DNA of 64,000 nucleotides from Octopus sinensis. Lineage: Eukaryota. Made by a program: the position numbers and the translations under genes. The stretch covers positions 26,722,001 through 26,786,000 of the forward strand of contig NC_043012.1 of NCBI RefSeq assembly GCF_006345805.1. The letters are read 5' to 3'. How positions within the stretch are numbered: position 1 is the stretch's first letter; each line of letters starts with the position of its first letter. The notes beneath the pieces are model-generated. The model saw nothing but the letters and a program-made list of their open reading frames with translations. It did no database searches and was not told the DNA's origin. This document shows, in pieces, positions 26,697-42,417 of this stretch.

Positions 26697-27245
26697 GTGG
26701 GGGTGCAAAAAATTCACAATTTCTCAAATTTTATTTTTAATAGCATATAAATGCATTTATGGGGAGAAAATATTGAAGAACATCTATACATGCGAGGGTG
26801 ATAGATAAACGAGGAGAGTTGTCTTTGGATATGGTAAAAACAGTAGCCAAATCGCCCTTAAATCATTCAATTTCCCCTCTGAAGATATTAGCAATTTTTT
26901 TTTTAGATTACAGAAAATGCTTTTCCCATGGTTTTGAAGTGCAAAACAAAAATTGACCAAAATATGTCCGGAGTGGGATGCTAAGGGAGGGTGTGTAAAA
27001 AGAAGAGTTTCCAAAACTTTTTTCATACAAGGATGCCCCACCCTATCATTTCGAACGTTGTGGTTTAAAAACAAATGAGGAAAATCCCTGAAAAATTTCT
27101 CCCCATTAATTTCTGTTTAACCGTAATCTATGCTGTTTGAAAGGGGTTTGTTTAAATTTTCATGAAAATATAGCCATCATCCTGAAAGTAATGAGGGAAA
27201 AAAGTCAGATTGTGTGAATTTTCCAAAATTCCTCTCTCCACCCCG
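26697..27245. mobile_element. Possible degenerate MITE
   Basis: GGGGTGCAAAAAATTCACAAT vs ATTGTGTGAATTTT..CCACCCC and GGGGAGAAAAT vs AATTTCTCCCC imperfect inverted blocks. Confidence 0.3.
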
Positions 27246-27849
27246 TCGGAAAAATTCTTTCTCATAAATCCCTATTTACTCTCGAGCCACAACATCTAAG
27301 CGGTATTTGTAGAAAAATTTGTTAACAAGTATCCATTTTTCTGGATGCCACGAGGCAACAAAGTCGGGGGCGTATACATCTGTAGTAATGCCCTCTTATT
27401 AATAAGATATTTTCATTTCATGTTTATTTCATTCAGTGTTTGCAATGTTCTCTCTCCCACTCACCCCACCTCTCTCTCTCTTACACACACATTGCAAAGC
27501 TTAGAGAACGGATGCTGAACTGAAATCTCTATGTTGCTTTGAGGGGAAGGTAAAACTTGAAAATCTGTTTCTCCCTCTGCTGTTGGACTACCGTGATGTT
27601 TGTTTAAAAATGAGAGATTATGACTGAAATAAAATAATGAAAGCAATACTTACTAAGCAAGCGAGAACTAATATACAAAGAAATACTTAGACGTAAAATA
27701 TATAAATTATTAGAATCGGGAATCAAATATGAAAATATTATCAAGGGCTAGCAGAAAACAGCCTGGAAGGCGGTCTTTCTGCTGGTATTCTTTTATTCTT
27801 TTATTATATATTATATATGGCTGCGGCTATATAATATTCTTTCATTCTT

Positions 27850-27983
27850 TTATTCTTTTACATGTTTCAGTTATTTGACTGCGGCTATACTGGAACACCG
27901 CCTTTCGTCGAATAAACCGATCCTGGACTTATTCTTTATCAGTATAGTAATTCTATCGGTTGCTTTTGCAGAACCGCTAAGTT

Positions 27984-28068
<85 letters not shown>

Positions 28069-28239
28069 TATACATACGACGTGCTTCTTTCGGTTTCCGT
28101 CTGCCATATCCACTCACAAGGCTTTGGTTGACCCGAGGCTACAGTAGAATACACTTTCCGAAGGTACTACGCAGTGGAACTGAACCCGGAACCATCTGGT
28201 TGGGAAGCAAGCTTCTTACCACACTGCTATTCCTGCGCA
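27850..28239 (-). mobile_element. Composite tRNA-derived SINE (family A) with internal microsatellite
   Basis: Reverse complement of the 49280-49693 architecture. Confidence 0.85.
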
Positions 28240-29559
28240 CGCGCGCGCGCGCGCTTATCTCTCTATATATAAACGGCAAAATATCTGTATGTGTATCCTT
28301 TATACAAATCCACAATTTTTCAGTTAGAGGGCTCGCACTTTCTATGACCATTTAAATCCGTCCAAGGTTGGTCGTGCACATCTTTACATTTCCACAGTCA
28401 CCCCACAAAGCCATTAAAAAATCAATAGAAGTAACTTCTTTGTGAATTTTCTATCCAAAACCCAATCAGAATGCCTGAAACTTGATACACCAATTGAATG
28501 CCAGCTAGCTGTATGTGATTGGTCGGAGATTTGGACAGTACTCGCGTGTAGGTACACATGCACGCAGCTGCATATGCAAGCACTAGCACTATATATATAT
28601 AAAATAAAATACAAAACGGGCCAGGAACGCAAAACATCCAGACAACTAGGTGATACAAAAGGGGACAACAAAACATCCAGATAGACAATACAAAAAAAAA
28701 ACGGACGGGTCTTTGTAACCGGATCATCCTCGCAGTGCGTGTGCATGTTTGAATACGATTATGCCCGTGTATATATTTATATACATACGTGTGTGTGTGT
28801 GCGTGTGTGTGTGTGTGTGTGTGTTTAGTCAATCTGTAGATCAATGTATATAAGAGTGTATGTATGCATTTGTGTATAGGTTTTTAAGTGCAATTCACAT
28901 CAGTTTCGAACCTTAGGTCAGTTATGTAACGTATCAGCTGAATAACAGACAAATGTATGTATGTATGTATGTATGTATGTATGCATGTATGTATCTGCAT
29001 GTGCGCGTATGTGCGTGCGTAACAGTATCTTCGTAAGCCCGTACCGATGAATGTGGGTGGAAATATTGCTACTACACTTTCGTCCTTGCCAGCAAAAAGG
29101 CTTCTTCGTTCGTCCCTTGTGTGGTTAATTTCCTGTATAGTATTCTTGTTATTTTCTCGTTTTGTAACTAATTGTACTTTTTGTACATGTATTTTTATTT
29201 TTGCAGTTTTATTGTTTGTCTATGCCAGAAAAAAGGCTTTTTCGTTCGTCCTCTTGTGTTTGTTTTTGTACATGTATTTTAATTTTGCAGTCTTATTGTT
29301 ACGTCGTGTTGTGTTCGTACTCATTGTGCCCGCTGCTTGAAATTTTATTTTAATTCTCTCGCAGGAAGGCCTATTGGATTAGTGTTCTGTTATGCCTTCG
29401 AAACATGCCTGACTCCTCTAGCGACAGCTGATGACGGGGTTTTGTCCTTGTGTAACCTGTCCTGTATTTGGTTTTCGTTTTCCGTTTTCTGTTTTTTTTG
29501 TTTTTGGCTTTTTCTGTTTCTACGTCTATTGTGATGTCCTGTACTTCCGTATAATTATT

Positions 29560-31030
<1,471 letters not shown>

Positions 31031-31499
31031 GTATATAAGTGACCCTTCTATCTTTCTCGAGCAATATATATGCGGAACTACATTATCTGGTGTAGTCAAA
31101 GATGTGATTTTTTTTAACTCTCTAGACAACGAGTTAAATTCAGAATTTAACTACTACTCCAAGCAGGTCAAACAGTAGACGCCATTCTAATATCGCAAAT
31201 TCATTTGAATTACATGTGCCATAACTTCAGTTTCTGTACAGCCCATAACTTTGAGCATTCTGTGTAGTATTCGCTGTTGTGGTTGTATTTCCAATAATAC
31301 TGTTTATATTGTTTGAACGATTTGGTTATCTGCATGTTTCGCAAAAAAATGTTTGTTTAGTTGTTGATGTAATGTCCTTGAGGAGAACTGATGAACATTT
31401 CTGCATTTCCGTACAGAATTTTATTTTACTCTACTGGTGTTAAAATATACATGAGCAACAGTTTTTGTAATATTTTTGCTGCATTTTTATAAAGTATAT

Positions 31500-32422
31500 A
31501 TATCTATAAAGTTGAAGTTGTGTGTGTGGCAAGTTTGGTAGCCGTCAACTAACACTATCTCCTCCGAGACCCTGCGGCGCAAGTTGACCAAAATTGAGAG
31601 TATGATAGATGAAGCATTGCTCTTTATTCAATAGAAGAAAAAAAATTCAAATCAGACCATGTTAACACCAAAAATTATTTACATCAAAAGGTGCTTTTTT
31701 CTATGAAAATCCCTATTTTTTACGATTCTTTGACTGCTGTGTCGCCATTTTTCAGTGTATTTCAACCAGAAAAAGGTTCACTTAAAGAGAATAAGAAGCT
31801 ACATAATGCAACATTTTTACTTTTCAAAAAATCTAATACTAAAGGGTCGAAAAGAATTTGTGCGATCTGCATGTTGTTTCTATCTACGATGTTCAAGACA
31901 ATCCTTCAATGGGTATGTTTTGATTTTAAAGATTTTTTAGTTATCCGTTATGTAAAATAGTCTATTTTATTCATTTTACAGGTACAACCACGATTCATGT
32001 TGCCCACCCGTTTGGCTTTAAAATAACATTTTTTTTTTGTAACCAGAAACTGTTCTTACTAACATTTTGGATGTTCTTGTACTTTTTCTTAATGAATACT
32101 GTTGCAGTGTTAACTTTTTAATAGATTTTCAGTGCTAGTCGAAACTTGAGCTTCATTTTGCTTTAAATCTACAGGAATGTTTTTCTCTATAATGTTAATA
32201 GAATGAATATTAAACAACAACACCAACAATTGAAATCGGCATTACACATTTGCAGCAAATTCAGAGCAAAAACGAGCATCATTCAGAGCAAACACGAGCA
32301 CCATCACACTATACTTTTATTCATAGATTGAAACAATGTCAAAACTTTGTTAACGCGACATCAAAGTCTGCCGTTTTAAGCGCACTAAAAAACAAACCCG
32401 AGCAACGCCGGGCTTTACTGCT

Positions 32423-32424
<2 letters not shown>
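31500..32424 (+). mobile_element. Putative non-autonomous Helitron-like element
   Basis: 5' TATCTATAAAG start; 3' CCCGAGCAACGCCGGG hairpin (32397-32412) followed after 8 nt by CTGG (CTRR), then (TA)n; no TIRs. Confidence 0.5.
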
Positions 32425-32466
<42 letters not shown>

Positions 32467-32468
32467 AG

Positions 32469-32509
<41 letters not shown>

Positions 32510-32543
32510 ATATATATAAGGGAGTGTAGCAGCGAAACGTTAG

Positions 32544-33179
32544 CAAGTAAAATGCTACATATTCTCAGGGAGGAAAGTTCTATTATCAATAATAACGAAG
32601 GGCAAAATTAATTAAGAAGTAATCAATAAATTTCACCAAGTAGGATTCGGTATGAAAACAGGACCGCTAACACGGTAAATTTTAGTAATACTAATAAAAA
32701 GGGTTCGGCAAATATTGATAATAGAACTTTCTCCCTGAGAATATGGAGCATTTTACTTGGAAACGTACGTGGAAGGGCGGGGGAGGCTGAGCGGCTTTCA
32801 TTCGTGCTTTGAATCTAGCGGTACTAACATCGAATGCAAACGGCCTCCACCGTTATATGAAATAATTCGTTCAGATGTTCTAGTACCTCCAGACTGTAAC
32901 AGAGTATCCATACTGATGAAGAATACGGTTGGTAAAGTATATATTTTTTTATATTCTTTATGTGAAACCTAATTCAGAAACGCGCGTCTATGGATGATCA
33001 GATATCGATTGATTTTCGTTTGCTTTACCCTCTGCCTGTGTGTTTAAACTTCAAGTATTTTGAGTTCTCTGGAAGACCCCTTTTTAAAGTAGAAGAAATA
33101 GCTAAGATTTTGGCTGCTATTTCCGAACTTCGGTATGCGGCGAGGCAATTCTTTTGCCGAACCCTTTTTATTAGTATTA
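32544..33179. repeat. Nested inverted repeats around a hammerhead
   Basis: 32544-32591 vs 32713-32759 (~47 bp, one substitution and one indel); perfect 26-bp 32686-32711 vs 33154-33179; (TA)n on both sides. Confidence 0.9.
32906..32995 (+). ncRNA. Type I hammerhead ribozyme with long helix II
   Basis: AUCCAUA/UAUGGAU helix I (7 bp); CUGAUGA 32913-32919; long imperfect helix II (GAAU/AUUC, GGUU/AACC, UAAAG/CUUUA); GAAA 32977-32980; palindromic ACGCGCGU helix III; GUC triplet (cleavage after 32988). Confidence 0.8.
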
Positions 33180-33293
33180 TGTATTTATATTATATATGTA
33201 TATATACATATGTATATTTATAGAATGTATATATATGTGCATATATATGCATATATATATATATATATAATATATATATATATATAGATATAT

Positions 33294-33333
<40 letters not shown>

Positions 33334-33841
33334 TATACGTATATAATAATTATATTAGGGAGTGTATCCAAACTTACAGGGGAAAATTAGATTAGGATTA
33401 AATCAAATTTTTTCACAGTATAAATATAAATTAAATTAGAGATAAAACCACTATGAGGCAACTCAAACAGTGATAGACATAAACCAATACATAAATAACA
33501 AAAAAATATAAATATAATTAATATAAATATATATAAAATATAAGATTTAAAATTTAAATTTAAAATTTTTTTTTACTAACCAAAATGTATTAAAAAATAT
33601 AAATATAATATAATAAGTAAAAGCACTACATATTTATATGTATATATATGTATATATATGTATATATATATATAATATATATATGTATGTAGATATATAT
33701 ATATATTCATATGTATATGTAATACATATGTATACTACGTATGCATATATGCATATATATATGTATATATATATATATGTATTATATTCATATGTATATG
33801 TAAATATATATATGTATACTATGTATGCATATATGCATATA

Positions 33842-33960
<119 letters not shown>

Positions 33961-33964
33961 GTCT

Positions 33965-34180
33965 ATATAGGTATATTGTTCCGGATTCCCATGATAGATC
34001 GGTAGCCACTAAACCATTTTTATTTTCTCTCTTTGTTTATTTTTGCGTTCCTTTCTGTCGAAGAACGTAGGCTCGAAACGTAAAAGACTTTCTCACATCC
34101 CGAGCGTTAAACAAATGCATCTGTTTGTTGTTTACACGCCTGTCTTCGTCTCTTCTTGTTTTGTAAATTCTCACTACACA
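33965..34180 (+). mobile_element. Interspersed repeat carrying a hammerhead-like motif (second copy at 50559-50745)
   Basis: Shared CTTTCTGTCGAAGA.CGTAGGCTCGAAACGTAAAAGACTTT..AGCGTTA..ATCTG.TTGTT..ACAC.CCTGT.TTCGTC; both copies lie between microsatellites. Confidence 0.75.
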
Positions 34181-34226
34181 CACACTCATATCTATATATA
34201 TAAACACACACATATACATACATACA

Positions 34227-34323
<97 letters not shown>

Positions 34324-34512
34324 TTGTGTGTGGTGTGTGTATTTTTTTCTTACATTATTTTCATAGTTACAGTCATTTGACTGCAGTCATGAACACAGCC
34401 TTTAGTCGAGAAATCGACCCCAGGATTTATTCTTTGTAAGCCTAGTACTTATTCTATCGGTATCTTTGCTGAAGCCCGGTAAGTTACGGGGATTATATCT
34501 ATATATATATAT

Positions 34513-34569
<57 letters not shown>

Positions 34570-34685
34570 TATGTATGTATGTATGTATGTATGTATGTAT
34601 GTATGTATGTATGTATGTATGTATGCGTGTATGTATGTGTGGAAGTGTGAGGAGGTTGTGGTTTAATGGTTTGTGTGTTAAGCCC

Positions 34686-35028
34686 ATGTGACTGCGGCCA
34701 TGCTGGAGTACTGCCTTAAAGGGTGTTAGTCGAAGAATTGGGCCCCAGGACTTATTCTTTGTAAGCCACCCACTTAATCTATCTGTCTAATTTTCCGAAC
34801 CGCTAAGTCACGGAGACATAAACTTACCAGCATTGGTTGTCAAGCGATGACAGGAGACAAACACAAATACGCACACACACCACTATATATATACCACGGG
34901 CTTCTTTCAGTTTCTGTCTACGAAATCTACTCACAAGGCTATATTGGAAGACACTTCCCCAAGGTGCCCCGCAGTGAGACTGAACCCGGAACCATGTAGT
35001 TGGTAAGGAAGTTTTTTACCGCACAGCC
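34686..35028 (-). mobile_element. Family A SINE (partial tail also at 34368-34490)
   Basis: GACTGCGGCCATGCTGGAG...GACTGAACCCGGAACCATG. Confidence 0.8.
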
Positions 35029-35059
<31 letters not shown>

Positions 35060-35705
35060 CACTCTCGCGCGCGCACTAATTAGCACACTTGCATACAGGC
35101 TTACAGAGACTGTTGTAGGGTAAAAGGCAGAGCTACGTACTGCAATAACGTAGGGTACGTGTTAAATTTGCCCTAGAAAACTGAAGGCCGATGACTACTT
35201 TCAGTTTCATTATACATAACAAAAACTTACACCAGACGATTTATGATTCTCACAAATTACCTCCAATAACACCTCCAGTCACAGACACTCATCAACGCCA
35301 GTCTCTCCCTCTCTGCCTCTCTCTCTGCTCTTCACACACACGCACATGCAGCCATACAGCCACACACACATACGCAGACTCACATACATATGTGTATTGA
35401 CACACATGAATACTCATAAACACACACACGCACATAATCACACGCACACACACAGTTCTTCATTATTATAAATCGTCTGGTTTACATACCATTTTATAAA
35501 TGATATTAGCTTCATATTTTGTTGGTATTTACATCTATTTTTTGCAACTCTATTGCCTTGTTACATATAAAGAAAAACATTATCATGTGTTTCTTAATGG
35601 TTTACATCTCCACTTGATGGAGTTTGTTCTGTATATCCGTCACTTAATCTTCATTAACGAGAATATAACATGATTCGTGATGTATAATATGTATTATGTA
35701 TATGC

Positions 35706-35772
<67 letters not shown>

Positions 35773-35853
35773 TGTGTGTGTATATATATATATACATACA
35801 TATGTATGTATGTATATATTTTTTTATATATATATATATGTATATGCATATGC

Positions 35854-35915
<62 letters not shown>

Positions 35916-36723
35916 ATATATTATATATGTTATATATATATGGATGGATATATATGTATATATATGTGTTGTATGTATACATGCATATATATATGTATAC
36001 ATATATATATATGTAAATACATATTTATATATTTATAGACACACACACATATATATAAACATATATATATATATATACACACATACATGCATACAAATAC
36101 GTTATTAATAACTTTTCTTTCAACAACTTTAAATGATGTGTTCTTGTTGAATACATACAGCCCCCCACACACACACACATACTTGAACAAGCACGCACAA
36201 ACATATTCATACGCATTAAGATGGCTGCTAAAATAGAAACATTCTATAATGCTAATTTCTTGCTTTCCTTCCATCTTTGGAAATATTGCTGTAATTTCCT
36301 CCTTCCACAGGTGATATTCCAGTTTCCTCCATATTTCCCCACTTGTTGATACTAATTCCAAAGATTCTTCGCATTTCTCGAACATTTTTTCTATCGTCTG
36401 AAAACCTTTTAAGATGGATTTCAATTTTTGAAGTAACAGAGATATCAACAAACAAGAAAATTGCATCAAAACTGCTTGATAGTGGTGTCAGACATGGCAT
36501 GCAGACCATCAATATAACTTGTCATTATTCTTCTCTTCCATTTTATTTTGACTTGAGCATTGCGTTCTTTTTCTTCTCTTCCGTTTTACGAATACAGTGT
36601 GCAGTTGCACATTGCGTGTTCGTAATTCTCTTCCCGGTTCCTACGCAAAACATTTTTACAGAACGTTTCACGCTCTTATGGATGTGAAAAGAAGTATACA
36701 AATCCATAACATCTAATTGGAAT

Positions 36724-36956
36724 ACTCTTTACTCTTTTACTCTTTTACTTGTTTCAGTCATTTGAATGTGGCCATGCTAGAGCACTGCCTTTAGTCGAGC
36801 AAATCAACCCCAGGACTTATTCTTTGTAAGCCTAGTACTTATTCTATCGGTCTCTTTTGCCGAACCGCTAGGTTACAAAGACGTAAACAAACCACCATCG
36901 GTTGTCAAGCAATGTTGGGGGGGGGCAAACAGAGACGCACAAACATATACACACAC

Positions 36957-37010
<54 letters not shown>

Positions 37011-37180
37011 CACATATATATAAGACGGGCTTCTTTCAACTTCCGTCTACCAAATCCACTCACAAAGTTTTGGTCTGCCCGAGGCATAGTAGAAGACACT
37101 TGCCTAGGTTCCACGCAGTGGACTGAACCTGGAACCATGTGGTTGGTAAGCAAGCTAATTACCACACAACCACTCCAACG

Positions 37181-37182
<2 letters not shown>
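36724..37182 (-). mobile_element. Family A SINE
   Basis: Full tail, microsatellite and head architecture. Confidence 0.85.
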
Positions 37183-37224
<42 letters not shown>

Positions 37225-37817
37225 GTGTGTGGGAGTGTATGCATATGTGTAGATTTCTATGTCTTGTTTTACGTGTGTATTCTCATGCATATCTTTACAT
37301 ATCTAGACATACTCATATATATTTAAATGACAAACTTCTGTAAAGTTTTGCAGACTTGTAGTTCCAGAGATGGCTTGAAACTGTAGCCTTCGAATCAGCT
37401 TTCTCCTTTCTGATTTTGGGAACCCTAATTTCACAAGTTTGATATTTAGGCAGTGTGTCCAAATAATTACAGGTATAAAGCTGAATTTGTAAGCTGGACA
37501 GAGAAACTGCAAATTTCAAAATAGTTCAGCGTAGGTGTTCTCTTTTTCTCTGATATTTCACTGGGCAGTGTGTATGAATTATGTATGTATGCATCAATGA
37601 ATGTATGTCGTATGTATGCATGCATGTATCCCCTTGCAGCTTTGATGCATGTTTGCATTAACCAAATGAAACTATAGAAATGTTTTAATTTCAAAGACAC
37701 ATAATAATTGAATTTTCTGTTGAATTCTATTTGCAGTGTATTTGTATATCAAAAACAAAGACTACTAAAATTCAAAATATATAAAATTTTTTAGAATATA
37801 TTAAAATCAAAATTATA

Positions 37818-37930
37818 GGCGCAGGAGTGGCTGTGTCGTAAGTAGCTTGCTTACCAACCACATGGTTCCGAGTTCAGTCCCACTGCGTGGCACCTACCAT
37901 AAGTATCTTGTACTAAAGCCTCGGGCTATA
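37818..37930 (+). mobile_element. Family A SINE head
   Basis: GGCGCAGGAGTGGCTGTGTCGTAAG..GGTTCCGAGTTCAGTCCC. Confidence 0.8.
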
Positions 37931-38359
37931 GTCTGTATGTATGCGTGTGCGTGCGTGTACGTGTATGTATGTGCATGCGTGTGAGGGTATGTATAATTTA
38001 AATGAAGATGAAGATGAGAAACAATTCAGAGTGTTAAATGTCATGTATTAGTACATCAAGGGCGTATAAAAATTTATTAGATATCATAAAAGATGAATTC
38101 CTCATTTGCTAGAATTATCTCAGCTTTCCGAGGAAGTAAAGCACCCGCCTGGGGCTAACGGGACTAACTACTCAAAAGAAATGGAAATAATCTCAACACT
38201 CAAAATTTCTCAAAATCTGACATGCCGTTGTGGCAAAAGATAGTCTGATGGTCTGGAGACAAGAGTGCGGCAGAGGGTACACGTTTCTTCCTAAGAAGGT
38301 GTCATCAGTGTAGCAGATCGGTTATTTAGACATATAAAAGAAAATGCATTAATGGCTTA

Positions 38360-38527
38360 CGCGCATGCTTGGATGTGTGGTAAGAAGCATGCTTCCCAAA
38401 CACATGGTTCTGGGTTCAATCGCACTGCATGGACCCTTGGATAAATGTTTTTTCCTATAGCCTCGGCCTATGAAAGCCTTGTGAGTGGATTTGACAGACG
38501 GAGACCGAAAGAAGCCCATAGTATATA

Positions 38528-38616
<89 letters not shown>

Positions 38617-38651
38617 GTGTATGTACCTGTGTATATTATAGATTTAAATAT

Positions 38652-38684
<33 letters not shown>

Positions 38685-38965
38685 GTGTGGGTGTGTGTGT
38701 GTGTGGTGTGTGTGTGTATGTGTGTGTGTGAGTGTGTGTATGTCTGTGTTTGTGTTTATAACCCAGCACCGCTTGACAATAAGAGTTGGTGTCTTTACAT
38801 CCACTTAACCTAGCAAGTGGGCAAAAGGGCTCAATAGAGTAGGTATCGAACTTTAAAAAATAAATACAGGGGTCGATTCATTCGATTGAATATTCATGAA
38901 GACGGTGCCCAAGCATGACCGATCTGTAATGAGAGAAGGAAGTAAAAGATTTAAGATAAAAGATG
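38360..38965 (+). mobile_element. Diverged family A SINE with expanded microsatellite
   Basis: Head 38360-38520, tail 38760-38965. Confidence 0.7.
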
Positions 38966-39092
38966 TATGTATGAATGTAAGTCATAAAAAGTTAGGAGGT
39001 CTGACTGGTGAATTTATTAATTTAACCGTTTATCATCTTTAGCGTTACAGCCGTTTCGCAGCTTTCATCATGTAATAATTCTTTCTACTATT

Positions 39093-39290
39093 GGCACAAG
39101 GCCTGACATTTGTGGGGTGGGGCTAAGTCGATTACATCGACCCCAGTACTCAACTGGTACTTAATTTATCGACCTCAACAGGTTGAAAGGCAAAGTCGAC
39201 CTCGGCGGTATTTGAACTCAGAACGTAGCGACGGGCGAAATACCGCTAAGCATTCCGTCCAGCTTGCTAACGATTCTGCCAGCCCGCCGT
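39093..39290 (-). mobile_element. Family C SINE
   Basis: CGACCCCAGTACTCAACTGGTACTTAATTTATCGACC..GAAAGGCAAAGTCGACCTCGGCGG. Confidence 0.85.
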
Positions 39291-40873
39291 CTTCTTCGTC
39301 ACGTAATAATAATGTCAGTGTATAATAAATTATGTTCACATGACGGTAAACATATATGTATAATGCGAAACGGCCGTAATCGGAAGGATGACATGTGGTT
39401 AAATAAATCTATTCACCTCTCATAACTCCTAAGTTTTTTTCTTCAAGTTGTTTTTGTTCTTTCTTAAATAATCCTCTTGAAATAATCTCATTTATCGGAT
39501 CTTCTGGATTTCAGCTGCATAGAATTCTGCATTATAATAGTGTGTGGTCTGCTAGCCAAGTTCCCTAGAGGAGCCTTCTGTGTTAGCCATCCGATTCTAT
39601 GAATTCCTGCATTTATGTATGTATGTATGTATGTATGTGTGTATGTATGTATGTATTTATGTATGTATGTATGTATGTATGTATTATGTATGTATGTATG
39701 CGTGCATGTATGTATGTCTATTTTTTTTAATTATTGTTGTTTCCAACAAAGATACAAGGCTCCATCCTTAGTATGTAGTCAACACAGAAAAATTCACATT
39801 TGGAACTTAAGAAAAGTCTTGCATATTTTTACTGTTCCACTCACAGATTGGACTTATAATGTACGAATCAACCGGTCAGTTTCTCTTTCTGAAAATCCCA
39901 GTTTATCCAGATTTTCCTTTAAGCATTTACTAACAAAACATAGTGTTCCAATTATTATTGGCGTGTATATGAATTCATAGTCTGGATATATATGCATGTG
40001 CGTACGTATGTATGTATGTATGTATGTATGTATGTATGTATGTATGTATGTATGTATGTATGTATGTATGTATATATGCATGCATGTATGTATAGAAAAA
40101 TGTATATATATAAAAATGTGTGAATGTGCTGGAAATAGATATTGTGTATGCATGTATGGGGAACGTATTTATGTGTGCATTGGAAATATATATACGCATA
40201 CGAAATGTACATTGATATGTGTATATATGTATGAATTTATATGTATATGTGTGTATATGCATGTATTTATGCGCATGTATGTCTTTTTGTATTAGTTGCC
40301 TCGCCGAATGATAACCGATGTTGCTTTGCGTACATCTCCATTATCATGCGGCTGGGTAAAAGAGGCCACTAATATGCATACCAGACTTTAAAATAATAGT
40401 GGCTGATTCTACAACTCTCTACAAGGCGTTGCCCCAGCATGGCCGCAGTTTAATGCCTGAAACAAGTCAACATATGAAAGAAAAATTAATCGCTAGAGGG
40501 TATCTTACAGAAGGGAAGATATTTGATATTTTCGAGGAATTAAGAATCAGTTTTTTAGAAAATTGAGTTGTTATGCTCAGGGCAATATCTTATGTTTGGT
40601 ACCTGTAGCATTACATCATCTATTAACTATTTGGGAATTAACACTCCTACGCTTATTCATTGTAAGAATATGGATGTTTCTAACTGTTATATGGTTAGTT
40701 GTGTGGTTAAACCATTTCGCTTCAAAACTACTTCAGTTTTGGTTTCATTCCGGTATTCGGCCTGACCTTTCTTTTTTGATTCGACTACCAACCGTGCAAC
40801 ATCTGTATTCCTCCCCATACCTGTCGTCTCTTATGTCCCTGCCGTAAGGCTTCACTTCCACACACACACCAGC

Positions 40874-41838
40874 TTAAAAATCCTGCGTTCTGGTGGCGAT
40901 GAAGTCGTTGAAGGCGTATTTGGTATCGTCTTGGTTTTTGAAGCATTTCCTACGCAGAAAGTTGTCAAAATGCTTGAAAAAATGGTAGTCGGTAGGCGAG
41001 AGGTCTGGTGAGTATGGCGGATGAGGCAGAGTTTCGTCGCCCAATTCGTACAACTTCTTCAGGGTCAGTTGTGTGACGTGCTGCCGAGCGTTGTCGTGGA
41101 GAAGAATTGGTCCTTTTCTATTGACCAATGTTGGCTGTTGTTGTCGGAGTTTCTTATGCATTTCATCCATTTGCTGACAGTACTTCTCCGCCGTACTGGT
41201 TTCACCTGGATCCAAAAAGCTGTGATGGATGAGACCGGCCGCAGACCACCAAACAGTCACCTTGACCTTCTTCTGATGCAACTGTGGCTTCGGCAAGTGC
41301 CATGGAGCTTCGTCGGCATCCAACCACTGAGCTAAGTGTCATCGGTCGTCGTAAAGAATCCACTTTTCTTCGCAAGTCACAATCCTGTTGAGAAACGAGT
41401 CGTTCTTGTTGCGTAAAAGAAGGGAAGATGACACTTCAAAACAGCCTTTTTCTTCTGGTTTTTTTTTTTTTTGGTATCGTTCAATTCGTGCGGCACTCAT
41501 TTCTCATGTATTTTTGTTTTCCTAATCTCTTTCAAGTGGTTGGAAATTGTCGTATGCGTTGCGTCTAATTCAGAATCAAGCTCCCGAACAGTTGTGCGTG
41601 GATTGGCTTCCACTACGGCTCTTAGTTGATCGTTGTCAGCATCCGATGGCCGGCCACTACCCTTATCATCTTCAAGACTCTCGTCACCGCTACGAAATTT
41701 CTTGAACCACCATTGTGCTGTACGTTCATTAGTGGTTTCTGAGCCAAACGCATCGTTGATATCGCGAGATATTTCAGCAGCTTTTCGATCTAGCTTGGAA
41801 TGGAATAAGAAAATTGTGCGAATTTGCTTTTAGTCCAT
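40874..41838 (-). pseudogene. Mariner (DD34D) transposase pseudogene, SETMAR/Hsmar1-like, 3'-truncated
   Basis: MD*KQIRTIFLF..TTNERTAQWWFKKFRSGDESLEDDKGSGRP, *VPHEL, then intact KKVKVTVWWS..LLHDNARQH..LPHPPYSPDLSPTDYHFF; internal stops and a poly-A frameshift. Confidence 0.95.
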
Positions 41839-42299
41839 ATTGCATTCAAAATTCCGAAAAAAATGGCCTAATTATTTAAAACTAAAAAGAGCAAAAGGAT
41901 TAGATAGAGCGACAAACGGGCTTTAAAATGATATATAAAGTCAAAGTTATTTAACGAAAATTAATTTGAAAATACATCATTTGTCCATCGTATGTTGTCC
42001 ATCGCATTTTTTTCATAACTAAAACCGTAACATGCATCTGTGTACAGCTGTTGACGCAAACACTTTTGGTACACTTGCAAAGGCAGGTTAAGCTAATCTA
42101 TATATTGTTTTATATCATTCTGCGGAGACAGCCAATGCTTTTAACCATTCCCTCTATTTCAACAGCGAATTTTAATGTATGCAAATGTATTAATTGCATG
42201 CATGTAAATTTATTCGCTAGCTAATCGGCAAACACGTTTCTTAGTATTGCTACACCGAAGCACATCTTTGCTGATTAGCTTCCATTTAGATAATTTACA

Positions 42300-42374
42300 T
42301 GTATGTGTATGTATGTATGTATGTATGTATTTATGTATGTATGTATGTATGTATTAATATATATAATATATATA

Positions 42375-42417
<43 letters not shown>

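Noticed and set aside
29395-29465. GAAA before, and CUGAUGA inside, a GACAG/CUGUC stem
   Set aside because: No GAAA in the Type I position and the Type II pairing fails.
36300-36690. Long stop-free frames on both strands and a good acceptor at ~36309
   Set aside because: No recognisable protein or donor; RRIFG and GEIWRKL hint at an RTE LINE relic but the support is too weak.
38262-38320. Minus-strand CUGAUGA..GAAACGUGUA
   Set aside because: No helix I complementarity.
39335-39390. GAAA-CGGCCG-UA hammerhead 3' half
   Set aside because: Upstream core is AUGACGG and helix I is unpaired; relic only.
42170-42220. ATGCAAAT octamer with TAAT motifs (similar TAAT cluster at ~47335-47375)
   Set aside because: Expected by chance in AT-rich DNA; needs conservation data.
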